From the NCBI GenBank assembly GCA_040954595.2, contig CM082593.2:10677477-10741476 (forward strand): a stretch of DNA of 64,000 bases, read 5' to 3'. Below the pieces are notes generated by a model. That model saw only the letters and a program-made list of their open reading frames with translations. It searched no databases and was not told the DNA's origin. This DNA comes from Balanoglossus misakiensis. Its lineage: Eukaryota > Animalia > Hemichordata. This document shows, piece after piece, positions 45,833 through 56,500 of the stretch (positions are counted from its first letter, which is position 1; the number at the start of each line of letters is the position of its first letter). Position numbers and translations under genes: made by a program.

Positions 45833-46719
45833 GCAGGTGTCAAAGGTATCCCCCTGTATTTGGCATTTCATGATAGTTTCCTCCCTCCAAATACCAAAGC
45901 TGCACCTGTACAACGGGATGAGATATGGCACTGTATGACAGAGGTCATCAAAATCACCTTATACATTTGGGCAAAAACCAACTGACACTTACATTCGTCC
46001 CAGTGGAACAAAAACCACACCTATCGCCCTGTTGGTTAGTGTACAATTAAATGTACAAAATCAATGACTTAGGCAGGTGCAACAGGTGACCCCGCCTTTG
46101 GTATGTCATTATGGTCCCATCCGTATATGCCCCCCCCCCCCCCAAGCCAAAGCTGCATGCATCTTCTGTAGATGCTCACTAAGCAAAAGTAGGTGAAAGG
46201 TCACATAAGGTCGCCCACAACTTGACGGGAAAATCGGACTTCATATTGATCCATGTGCAACAAATACCACGCTACCACCCCTTTCATTGACCCCACAATT
46301 ACGCATGCACATAATTATTGAGTTACGCAGGTGTCACAGGTGACCCCCGAATCGGGTGTATTATTTTGGTCCCATACAGCTGCATGTAGCTGCGTGCCGT
46401 TACGGGCGACCTGATAACCCACACGGCCACCTGCGGGCCGACCCCCATACTGAACGTCCAGTTGCAACATCACGACTGAAGTAGGAACTTTTGAACGGCA
46501 ACGAAGCCTGATCTCTGATTATTGCTGGTACCATACTCCCTTCGTGCAAGAAAATCACTGGTCTGCTGACGTATTTCAGGCAATTTCCCAAACTACTATC
46601 CACTACATGTGACTACAATGCTAATGAAACCTCCCACAACATTAGCGACTTAGAGTCAAAGCCCACTGCCAGTGTAGCCGGGTTTGCGTAGACACATTTG
46701 AATGGCAACAGCTAACAAA
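45833..46719 (+). repeat. Diverged ~240-255-bp tandem repeat, left part
   Basis: Unit starts are GCAGGTGTCAAAGGTATCCCCC (45833), GCAGGTGCAACAGGTGACCCC (46073), GCAGGTGTCACAGGTGACCCCC (~46327) and a weaker one at ~46566. Units share CCAAAGCTGCA / CAGCTGCA and ACCAC motifs. Confidence 0.75.
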
Positions 46720-46827
46720 TAATAATAATTCTTTATTTCAGACTTTAAAAAAAGTCCATATACCCAAAAGAGAGAAGAAAAAAAAACAATAATAATAATC
46801 TGACACTGAGACACACACAAAAAAAAC

Positions 46828-49800
46828 TTACATGATATACAATTGCTTTCGCCAATGTTTGAAAAATATGCTGTCAGTCGCTCTATCTGATGAACAGATC
46901 GCATCAAGTAAAACATTAGAAGAATTTTCGAGTCTACGCTTAAGATGGGTCCCTGGGATCTTTTTGCTCGTTGCTATGGGCCTTTATAGGACATTACACC
47001 CCGATTTGGACTAAGCCGTTTTCAGAGTCTAACAAGGGGCTGGTAACTAGTTGAAAATCTGCACGATTGTGAGCGCGCGCCCCCTGACGCCATTGATATG
47101 AAAATTAGCTAGGTCAAATTTCAAAAGCCTAAGGCTTTTTATTCCGTGACCTCAAAAACGAACTTGATACGTATTCATTAGTTGCTTGAACCAGGGAAGA
47201 TCGTGACGGATTTTGTTTTCGAATATTATCGTTGTATCCTAAGATTTCAGCATACCCGTACCACACCTGAAAAAGTCATCGATTTTGGGTGTTTTTGGAC
47301 GCACTCTTCCAGCGGTATCGCTTCTTAGCACGACGAAAACCGAAAAAACGATCCGTCACACTGTGCGGAAGTGCGTTCTCAACAAGCAGGTCAAATTTGA
47401 CTGGCGTACGTGGCCTATGAAAAAAGCCTTAGGGATTTTCGTGAACGGTACAAAATCTCTGTGTACAAAACATTGGATTTTTAGCGTTCGATCCAGTTAC
47501 TGTGGTTACAGGACGCGCACGCTATCGCTGACCGCTGCTTTGCCGTATTAGCGTGGCGGCCTATGGCCGGGTGGTAGCTGCCGTCAACATACTCGGACAG
47601 GGGGTGTGCACACAATCGTGCAGATTTTCAACTAGTTACCAGCCCCTTGTTAGACTCTGAAAACGGCTTAGTCCAAATCGGGGTGTAATGTCCTATAAAG
47701 GCCCATAGCAACGAGCAAAAAGATCCCAGGGACCCATCTTAAAACTGTACATATTGCGTCTAAAAACTTCACCAAGTGACAATACATGTACATGGTTTGT
47801 AGCAAACATACCCGATGCACAGCAAAATGGCGGAAGACCGAGAAATCTTCTCCAAACATTATTGTACATAGTTTTAAATTTTTTCATCGGTTTAACTTTA
47901 AAGGATGCCCACAAACTGCAACAGTAAATATTACTACAATATGCCAAAAATAAAACTTTCTTCACATCTTGACTACAATGTTGAAAATGTCTCAATAGCA
48001 TGTTTGCTCTTACACAAAATGCTCTTCTCTGTCGTTCAATATCTTCATTATCACAACCATCACAAGATATAACATGGCCCAGATAGGTGTGTACAGGTAC
48101 AAACTTTAAAGTGATGTCATTAAGTTTAACCGAAGGAATTCATTGAACGCTCATATTCTTCCCATTAAAAAGCATGCACACAGTTTTACTAGAATTATAA
48201 ATGATATCATAATCCTTGCCATAAATTTCACAAATTCTAAGAAGACGGCGTAGACCCTTAATACTTGGACTGAGTAGAGTCATGTCGTCAGCGTAACCTA
48301 AAGTGTTAGCGCTGACACCAGACATGGTACAGCCAACTTTGGCTTTACAGAGTGCATTGATAATATCATCAATGTAGACATTAAAAAGATAGGGAGAGAG
48401 TACCCCCCCTTGTCTTACACCGTTAGAAACAGAAAACAACTCTGAGGGTTCATTACCCCACAACACAGTAAACAATTGATTTCTGTACCATTAATATAAA
48501 ATTCGTACAGCATACAAGGGAACATTCCTGTCGATGTGCTTGTTAATTATAACCAGTTTAAAGTGATTAACTCTGTCAAAAGCTTTTGAAGCATCCAGAA
48601 AACAAGTAAACACTGGTCTTCCATTGCTGGTGTAGTAGCTAATGATTTCTTTAAATGCAAATAAACACAGGTCAGTTGAATGTTCTCGCTTGAAACCAAA
48701 TTGTAAATAATGAGAGGTAAGAAACTCCTCACAACGAAAAAGTAAAATATGCTCAAAAACTTTAGAGAAAACAGTTGCTAGTGCTATCGGCCGGTAGTTA
48801 CTGGCATCACTACAAAGCTTAGTTTTATCCTTAATAATTGGAACTAAATTAACATTGATAGCCTCAGTTGGCAGGTAACCATGAACAATCATTGCATTAA
48901 TACAACAAGTCAGAAAGGGTAAAATAGAGGAGTCTGAGAATTTGAGGTGCTCAGCTAAAATATTGTCAATGCCAGCTGTCTTACCGTCAGGTAACTTATG
49001 TATAGCAGAAATTACTTCGTCTTCAGAAACATACATATCAGAAGAAAATTTAACATACTTCATTTTCTCCTCGATGTCATTTTTACCAGTCTGAGCCTGG
49101 ACAGAATTCAAAATATCACTGAAATGCTTGTGCCACATAATTGCAATTTCACTCTCACCAGTCGCTCCACCTACAGTGTCAGAAAGCGGCGTTTTTCTGC
49201 TAGTTTGCTTTCTGACTTCCTCCCAGAAGTCGTTCTGTTTGTGGCAGCGTAAATTATCAGCCATCTTGTCAGCCCTATTTTGATTCTCAATCTTTTTACA
49301 AGCACGTAAAGCATACTAAAAACGAGCTCTGGAAGATTTCATGGTTTCAAAAAGCGGGCCTTGTTTAGGTTTACCCACATTAACCCATAATAAAAACATG
49401 GAACGGGCATAGTCGTGACTTTCTTTTACAAAATCGTTCCAGCCAGGCACAACATGAACTTTCTGGTGAAACTTACGTCTAATGGTATCTTTTGCAGCAC
49501 AATTCAATGCGTCCACAATACTACTATAACAAGTATCAATTGCCTGTAAATGCGAAGGGTCTGTACAGTTCACATTAGTGCAGAATAACTCTTCGGATAA
49601 ATTAATCTTATCAATCTTGGCTTTGGTACAACCGGTGTAGGCGGATATATTCTGCTGTGACAATTTTTTCCAATCAACTCGAAAATTACATTGCTTGAAG
49701 GAACTACTGCTGAAGCTTTCATCAGCAGAAGTGTTGAAATGAACCTCTATTGAAACAGGAATATGGTCGGAGTCAACAACATTGCAAAGACTCGAAATTG

Positions 49801-49849
49801 AAAGAACATTGCTATGAGAAATTTCAGTGGTAACACAGTAGTCAATCCA
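46828..49849 (-). pseudogene. LINE ORF2 remnant (endonuclease C-terminus + reverse transcriptase), disabled
   Basis: ORF fragments 49316-49663, 48491-49264, 48140-48475 and 47693-48001 are all in one frame, separated by single stops (TAG 49316, TAA 48491, TGA 48140). Removing the TTAA insert restores ...NMYSFKRRLENSSNVLLDAICSSDRATDSIFFKHWRKQLYIM* with the stop at 46828. Confidence 0.93.
46944..47738. mobile_element. Non-autonomous TIR DNA transposon, TTAA target duplication, Kolobok-like
   Basis: Perfect 128-bp TIRs (46944-47071 / 47611-47738) are flanked by TTAA at 46940-46943 and 47739-47742. Termini are GA...TC, the RR..YY pattern of Kolobok, unlike the CC..GG of piggyBac. Removal restores the LINE frame. 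Confidence 0.93.
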
Positions 49850-50080
49850 AACTCAGCGTAATTCAATAAAACGCCCTAACACAGCCTGAACTCCGATAAT
49901 GTGTTGTCCCAAAATTCATTCCGTGGAAAATAATCACTGGTCTGTTTACGTATTTCAGCCGATTTTCCAAGGACTACTGCAACCCGCCAGAAGTGAGTAG
50001 CCTGCTAATGAGATCTCCACAACATAACGTAATGACGGTCAAAGTCCGATGCCCCAGTGTCCGTCCTCAGCCCACCAAAA
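49850..50080 (+). repeat. Diverged ~240-bp tandem repeat, right part (continuation after the LINE)
   Basis: 49870-50060 (AGCCTGAACTCCGATAAT...AATCACTGGTCTGTTTACGTATTTCAG...TGCTAATGAGATCTCCACAACAT...GTCAAAGTCC) aligns with 46495-46675 (AGCCTGATCTCTGATTAT...AATCACTGGTCTGCTGACGTATTTCAG...TGCTAATGAAACCTCCCACAACAT...GTCAAAGCCC). The offset is about 245 bp once the LINE is removed. Confidence 0.8.
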
Positions 50081-50453
50081 AAAGCGAAAAAATATTACAA
50101 AAATCTTCTTCTCAAAATCGACGTGGCCTAGGACTTTGAAATTTGGCACAGGGGATTTTGGCCACATGGTCTACAAAAATCGCGAAAAGAATTTACATGC
50201 CCCCATTAACGTGCAAATTAGGTCAATTTGAAAATTTCGCTCGATTATAGCAACAAAGTCACGTGACTAATTACAAATTCAAAGGGCTGGTGCACCAGTA
50301 CTATGGGCCCCAACCACCGTGCCAAATTTGGAAGGCGCACCTGCCGGAATTTCAGAGAAAAACGGGCGCAAAAAAACGACTCAAGATGAAAGAAGACAAA
50401 CTCCAGCAATAACAGAAGGGGACCAAGCGCCTGAGGGCTCTTGGTCCCCTAAA
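50081..50453 (-). mobile_element. Helentron/DINE-1-like (non-autonomous rolling-circle element) terminal module
   Basis: Terminal hairpin AGGGGACCAAG...CTTGGTCCCCT (50417-50450) reads on the minus strand as TTTAGGGGACCAAG...CCCTTCTGTTATTGCT. The internal AAAATCTTCTTCTC...GAAATTTGGCACA and inverted GTGCCAAATTTG motifs resemble cores recalled from Helitron-associated repeats of aquatic animals. Confidence 0.55.
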
Positions 50454-51191
50454 TATGGGACTAAACTTGACAGATACCCGGAATATTTTCCTATTCAGGA
50501 TACCTGGTTGCATTTCCACCTAAAGGCGTCCTATTGGCGTGGAAATTGTATAACTTGAAATCGTTTGACTGGGTGATAGGTATTAATATCTTATGATGTT
50601 ATAAAACACTTGGCTCGCCGAAGGTATGGACCGATTATAGCGTCAGTCGTGTCATACAATCTATATGAACGTCATGGGTCAATAAACTTGATGGTCCAAT
50701 AAAATTCAATGGTTAGTAAAACTATTGTGTCCAATGTCTGCAGAGTATACTGGCTGCAACATGTGTATGAGTCAGGATTAATGTCTGTAGCCATCAACCC
50801 AAAAGGTGAACGTCCTATTCTCACTAACTTAAATAGGTTTTGCGACCTAGTCTAGTTATAAAAACCTTATGATAAAGTCGACACAATTTCAAGATGACGA
50901 TGTGCAAATGAGAGTTCATAAGCTAAAGTAAAGTTCAATGAATTCTATACAAAGTTCAAAAAAGATTGTTTACTAAAGGAAGACATGAAAAAACTGATAT
51001 CGTCTCTTCATATTCGTACATGTCCAACTGTTGTGATTTGACCCCTCCCCCCCCCCCCAGGACATGGTACATGAAGCTATTACTTAGTACACACTTAAAC
51101 AATTGGCATTTGAAGTGCCTTGCTTGACAGTGTTTAATGCGGTGGTCAGTCGCGTTTATCTCTCGCCACTTCATGCATCATGTCGCCTTAA

Positions 51192-51499
51192 AGGGGCAAA
51201 CTCTCTCTCCCGTCGCCCTTTTCTAATAATAATGTTTGATACAAGACACCGTTTATATTAATGGGCATGTGTATATGTAGTGAATGAACGTTCAACCACA
51301 CACAACTTCCATCCTGCTTGTATGATATGAGAGTAAAAACTCGCCCAAAATGAATAAATGGTAGAGACCGATTTTTCAGTTTGGCGAGTTTTCGCTCTCG
51401 TGTCTACATGCGGGATGGAAGGTGTGTGCGGTTGAACGTTGCATCACTATATATCCACATTTACATTAACATAAACGGTGTTTTGTATTGTCATTTCTT
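51192..51499. mobile_element. MITE, TTAA-flanked, Kolobok-like, copy 1
   Basis: TTAA at 51188-51191 and 51500-51503. Long imperfect internal inverted arms (ATACAAGACACCGTTTAT ... ATAAACGGTGTTTTGTAT). Homologous to 52284-52574. Confidence 0.8.
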
Positions 51500-51882
51500 T
51501 TAATCGTGGATTTTCGTTTCTGATTTGTATGTATAATGAAAATCCATTTTGGGTCACTGCACTTGTTTTCGACTTTAAACAAGGCCGTGAATTTAGTCGA
51601 TAATTGAAGAAAACTGCCGACGGTCAGCATTTTCTACCAATGGTTTGCCTATGGATACAATATTGAACAAAGTTTATCTCAAAATAGACCGTGGTGAATT
51701 TATTTTGATTTGTCGGAGCTATGTGTAAAATTTCCTGAAAATGACAATAATAGAAGGGAGTTTTCTAACTATTATCCATGTACTCCTATGGGAAGAGACA
51801 CAGGCGCACAGTTTACCAGTTGACGTTCTGCGCGTACATCATTGAGTGTACTGGCAGCTAACTTATTGTTTATTTGTAACAG

Positions 51883-51940
51883 CAATTGGATCTTGGAGCA
51901 CTGTTTGGAACACCCTTTGTGAAATATGAATGTCCAGAAG
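51883..51940 (+). CDS. Exon of C-type lectin/CUB (uninflatable-like) gene: QLDLGALFGTPFVKYECPE(G)
   Basis: TAACAG acceptor and GTAAGT donor. Ends in phase 1 on CPEG, the typical start of a long-form CTL domain, and is phase-compatible with the next exon. Confidence 0.7.
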
Positions 51941-52283
51941 GTAAGTTGAATTGACCCTAGCCCTTTCACCAACATGGTTCAGTCAAAACCAATTGTTTTC
52001 TATGGTAATGTTGGACCTCTAAAGAGGAAACGGGGGGGGGGGGGGGTGATGAAAGGTTTAAGACTTACAGATCACAACTTAAATAGCCATTCAGAAAGAG
52101 GCTTAGAGTGGAGTATCAAATCGGACGATACCACTGACTGGTGGAGGAAGACAAAATAAGCAAACTGAGTAGATGAGTGCTCAGATTTCTTCAGAGGACC
52201 AAACGTTTCAAAGAATTATACGTAACAATCCATGCCTGGTCCGTCAGTAGATATAAACAGAACATTGTGGCTGTATTCATTAA

Positions 52284-52574
52284 AGGGACAAAGTCTCTCT
52301 CTCGCTGCCCTTTTTCCATTAATTATGTTTGATACAAGACTGCGTTTATATTATTCTACATGTGGATATAGTGAATCAACGTTCAACCATACACACCTTC
52401 CACTCCGCTTGTATAGACACGAGAGTTTTAAAAAGTCGCCAAAATGAATAAACGGTCTCTACCATTTATTCATTTCGGGCGGGTTTTTACTCTCGTATCA
52501 TACAAGCGGGATGAAAGTTGTGTGTGGTTGAACGTTCATTCACTAACATAAACGGTGTCTTGTATCATGTCCCT
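52284..52574. mobile_element. MITE, TTAA-flanked, Kolobok-like, copy 2
   Basis: TTAA|AGGGACA ... TGTCCCT|TTAA (52280-52283, 52575-52578) with internal inverted arms. Same family as 51192-51499. Confidence 0.85.
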
Positions 52575-52641
52575 TTAACACTTTTGAAGCATTTTACTAA
52601 TGCTAACATGACTAGACCAATTGAATGATGTTACATTGCAG

Positions 52642-52723
52642 GTTATCAACTCAGAGGGGCGTCTTGTTATAAAGCGGTACCTGACAAACAATCAGCTGGC
52701 AACGCTGAAAATACCTGTCAGTC
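52642..52723 (+). CDS. Exon, CTL domain N-part: (G)YQLRGASCYKAVPDKQSAGNAENTCQ(S)
   Basis: TTGCAG acceptor and GTAAGT donor. Phase 1 in and phase 2 out match both neighbours. Contains the CY and A...C pattern of CTL domains. Confidence 0.8.
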
Positions 52724-52921
52724 GTAAGTATGAAAGTATACATCATTTGAGTAGAATTTTATGGGAGATCCTAACAAGGCTTGGACATGTCACGCACAAA
52801 TACAAAGGGCGCGTATAAAGACAGACAAAACCTCGCTTAGTGTGAGGTGTTCAGCGATTGCATCTGATAAGTCGAAAATGCTTGATCACATGTCATGTTC
52901 AGTTGGGAAATTGGATATGTC

Positions 52922-53192
52922 TCAGGCCAAAAAAACTAATATGTGCTATTCCGATTACATGGTTTTCAAAAATAGGGTAGGTAGAAAGGGACATTTTTTT
53001 ATGTTTCAATTTTTTTATATCTTTGGCCGTCGTAGTGTAGAAGAATGACATCATAGTTCTTGCGTGATTCTCGCAATTTTCATGAATTGTTGTATATTTG
53101 ACATCGTTATTTTTACTTCCGGTTTACGAAGATCTAAACTGTTTTGGGTCGGCGGGCTAAAATTAGGGTAGTTCGGGTAATCGTTATGACAT
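52922..53192. mobile_element. Probable degenerate MITE-like interspersed repeat
   Basis: Weak inverted ends (ATGTGCTATTCCGATTAC / GTAATCGTTATGACAT) and repeated AGGGTAGGTAG, GGGTCGG and AGGGTAGTTCGG motifs reminiscent of common invertebrate MITEs. Confidence 0.35.
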
Positions 53193-53354
53193 TGGGAGCT
53201 ACGGCTGCAAAGCCATGTGTCTCGTGCGAAAAGGGCCCTTAACCTTTTGCAATATTTAACAGCAAACAACAGACAGTTTTGAGAATAAAAGGTTTCCGTC
53301 GTGTCTGACTTTCATATCGCATTAATAGCATATACCTAAATTTAAAGAAATTAG

Positions 53355-53560
53355 GAGAGACAGAGTGAAACAGGCAGAGTGGCAGACAGACACAAGCAGA
53401 CAGACAGAGCAACATTCATCAGTAGAGACACTCATCGGTCGCTCGCTCGCTCGCTCGCTCACTCTCTCTCTCAGAGAGACGGGGCAGACAGTCAGACAGA
53501 CCGACGTTGACAGACAGTCAGTAAGTCAGTCAGCCAGTTAATCAGTCAGTCAGACGTCAA
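53355..53560. repeat. Compound microsatellite (CAGA)n/(TCGC)n/(TC)n/(CAGT)n
   Basis: Directly visible tetra- and dinucleotide runs. Confidence 0.85.
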
Positions 53561-56500
53561 AGACACAGTGACACAAACACAGCGAGGGAGACAAAAGGAC
53601 CTTTCATGCTTAAACCCCTGTTCTTCTGTTATAAACTTTGAAAACCGTTCGTTTTCAGACTGCAGATTGCTCGAATAACGCGACACACTGCCGAAACAAT
53701 AAAACAAATACTAGTGGGAGCTCATAAAATAAAATCGCTCAACCATTCCGTCGTCCTGAGTGACCTCAGCCACATTAATTCCGACGTCTTTTTAGGGTCA
53801 TGAAAAAAGTCACAAATAAGGTATTTCCCCTAGGTCCACCTGAAGCAAAAAGTTTTCGTTTCGACTCCATCATTCCGAATAGTAAGAAAGCAACAAAATT
53901 GAAAAGACAGATGTAAAATGCACTCTCTCTCACGTGGTAACGTTTGTAACTATGGCAATCACGGTACGTGTTCAGTACACAGACAGGGAGAAAAGTTTCT
54001 CCATGCAATACATGTGTTCAGTAAGGTTTGACCTTGGTTTTACTTTGTACCATGATCGCCGCTTTCTAAGCATGGATGAACGACGGCGGTCAGACCCAAT
54101 CGAACCCTTTCATGTCAGATGACCACGGTATCTCCACTGTGAGATGACATTTGACAAACCATTTGATTTCAACAAAATCTTCGCGTCGTCAACGCGTCGC
54201 ATACCAGTCGCATATCGGTATTTACCCAATCATAAAAGTTGGAAATTCGGGAGACTCGATCTGCAACCAAGTTGAGAGTAAATTTTGACGTTTGACTATT
54301 GGCAAGTAAACAGGTTACACAATGACTTGTCGGTTTTTCCTCCGTCATGGTCGTTCTCGACCCAAGTCCCCACGCACGACTTGTGCGTGGATCATCAACA
54401 TTTCAGTGATATTTCAACGCAAAGTTTTAGCAATATTAAGAAAACAGGTAGTGAGGTGTCAAATGCATATCAATGTACGAAAATTAGGTCAAGCCACCCG
54501 ACAGCAACCGCTTTCACACAGTGTCGGACGTTGCACGGAATGTGAAACGTTACACTGCTTCGGCCGTTCACATGCACCTGGGCGTGGGTTTGATTGATGG
54601 TCAAACGCCCCCACTTACTTTGGGCGTTTTCAATGGTAAATGTGTCGTATTGATCGAAACCTTGCCGTAAACACATTTTTTTTGCTGAATCAACATTCAG
54701 AGTTCAGCCGTCTAGTTAACGAAGTATTGAAGTAAGCCACTTGTTCATCATTTTTTGTCTGTCAAACGTATTTATTCGGAAAGGGACCGGCCGCCAATGA
54801 GGGGTTTAGGGAGCCCACACGTACACTCTGGTACCTGGACAATTAACATAGACATGTCGTGTGTACCGTCCGGTTCGAAAAGATTGGTTTAAGGTAGTCC
54901 TGGTAACAGTCATCCTAACGAGGCCAGGGGAGGTCTCCAAGGGCGAAATAAACATAGCTACCGATGACGAGTCGAATTCGAATCGGACGATGCTTGTTCA
55001 TAAAAGGCACAGACATAAAGCTTCGAAGTTTTTTGTCTGTGTAGTAAAGATACGACTAATCAGCCTATAGTGTAACCGTAGACCCTGGAGAAATACCAGA
55101 GCACAGCACAATGCAGCAAATGGAGTGAAACAAGAACAAAGCTTAGTCTCTGCCGCAAACAAAGCTAAATCACATATTGACACTCCAAATAGAAGCAAGA
55201 CAGCCGGGGGGGGGGGGGGAGGCACAGTTGTAGATCGCGGTGTTGACCCGCCCCTTCCACATCCTGTAGATGTTTGTGCGTCCAAGGCATTTTTGATAAA
55301 ATATAGACTTTTGTTTTTAGCTCGAGTGTGGCCTAAGTATATCACCGTTCACACGAAAAATGTCTGTCTTTTTCAAAACGTTGTATTATACTTCTGTGTA
55401 ATTTGAACTCTAATACAAGTGACAGTATTAGAGGACAGATTTGGCACAGACAAAATTCGTATTAACAAACCACAGAGAAAACGTCAAAATTGAGCGATTT
55501 ATAAAATGATCAATTCCACGAGTTTGCAAATTAAAGTTAAAGAGATACAGTTTCATTGGGTGGATCACTATCCTAGAGCGGTCTGGAAGCATGGGTGGAT
55601 TTTTACCTGGTGTTTGTTTACCTGGTAAAAATAGGCTATTGTTCTCCCCTGCTTTTCATAGCGGATTTTTTAACACGTCTCCTCGAGATCAAACATTAAT
55701 GAGCGATTAAAAGCGCTTCGTATACTTTTTGTGGGTCGAGTTGTGTTTTTCGTTTTATTTGGTCATTAATTCGATCAGAATGGATTGTTTATTGTTGTAT
55801 TGTTAAAAGCTTGGATGTTATGTTTCAGTTGTGCAGAGTGCTTAAGTATGCTCGACTTGCGTGGCAATTCTGCATATTTGGAGCATTCTTTGGAATTTAA
55901 TTGATTTGGACATGAGTTTGTTGTTTGGTTGGTCATGGAACAACACGTGACATTGTCTGCATGACATTCTTTAGGGTGTTCCAATTCTGTAAATGACATG
56001 AGGTGGTTACATCGGACCATATATGGCTGAGATGAGAACATATGGCGGCGCTCTTTTTTCGCGTGTGCCACCCACTAAAAATCTGTGATTGGCTACATCT
56101 CAATTTGCCATGGTAACTATAGCTAATTTTCCATAGGTGACCGTATACCTTTAATTGCCTGTTGGTACTAAACAGCACTCTCCCCGAGTCTAGTGAAACA
56201 TCATTTTGGGGGATCTGGATTTCGTGTTCATTATTGCGTGACTGATACGGCGGGTATCGATTGGAATAGGCCCTATCGTTAAAATAGAAGTTCATTCTTG
56301 TCGGGCGACCCAGGAAGGCATAAGCTTGACGTGCCTAAAGTTTGTCGGACATTGTTCGACCATCACGGCTGCAAATTGGTTTAAGTTCGACCCTGGGCCC
56401 GGTGTAGCCTGCTCCAATAGAAATGGAGAAATTAAGTATAAGGCAACAACCCGAATGTGCCACTTTTTCACTCACAGCATCCCTCTAAAACCACAGTAAG

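Larger units (their letters stand above)
1..45833 (+). repeat. Satellite DNA tandem array, 78-bp monomer, extends beyond the left edge of the window
   Basis: ATCAT at 6 recurs at 84 (period 78), and the ORF track shows a 26-aa period (MTNFRLCKISKFRRFLKKIMGENHQK). The repeat continues in one orientation without foreign inserts until ...AAAAAAATCATGG at 45833. Confidence 0.99.
46720..49849 (-). mobile_element. 5'-truncated non-LTR retrotransposon (APE + RT LINE, probably RTE-X-like clade)
   Basis: The minus-strand frame encodes the APE C-terminus (WIDYC...SDHIP) and RT motifs (NYRPIALA, QFGFK, CFLDASKAFDRV, GVRQGGVLSP, YADD, YLG). The 3' end has AATAAA (plus strand TTTATT 46732-46737) followed by a (TTA)n-type tail. 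CAAA lies at both junctions (46716-46719, 49848-49851). Clade is assigned from recalled motifs only. Confidence 0.95.

Noticed and set aside
1-45833. CRISPR-like repeat/spacer array
   Set aside because: There are no unique spacers, the units are contiguous copies, no cas genes are present, and the context is eukaryotic (introns, LINE).
30-45985. Well over a hundred K/F/R-rich ORFs with a 26-aa repeat
   Set aside because: These arise because 78 is divisible by 3 and some frames lack stops. Frequent homopolymer indels shift frames freely, so there is no sign of coding constraint.
46944-47738. piggyBac assignment for the TTAA element
   Set aside because: The termini are GA...TC, not CC...GG, which fits Kolobok better.
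46832-47859. ORFs on both strands ending LRWVPGIFLLVAMGLYRTLHPDLD
   Set aside because: These are simply translations of the two identical TIRs.
48140-49318. Stop-codon reassignment or readthrough in the LINE ORF
   Set aside because: Three different stops (TAG, TAA, TGA) in a 5'-truncated copy interrupted by a transposon are most simply neutral decay.
50100-50123. Short reverse-complement similarity (CTCAAAATCGACG) to the satellite monomer
   Set aside because: About 13-17 AT-rich bases is too short to establish origin without a genome-wide test.
50455-50630. Possible first (signal peptide) exon of the CTL-CUB gene
   Set aside because: No ATG-initiated hydrophobic frame reaching a phase-0 donor was found.
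53775-56295. Several 60-120-aa ORFs on both strands
   Set aside because: They show no recognisable motifs, overlap in conflicting frames, and lie in an intron.
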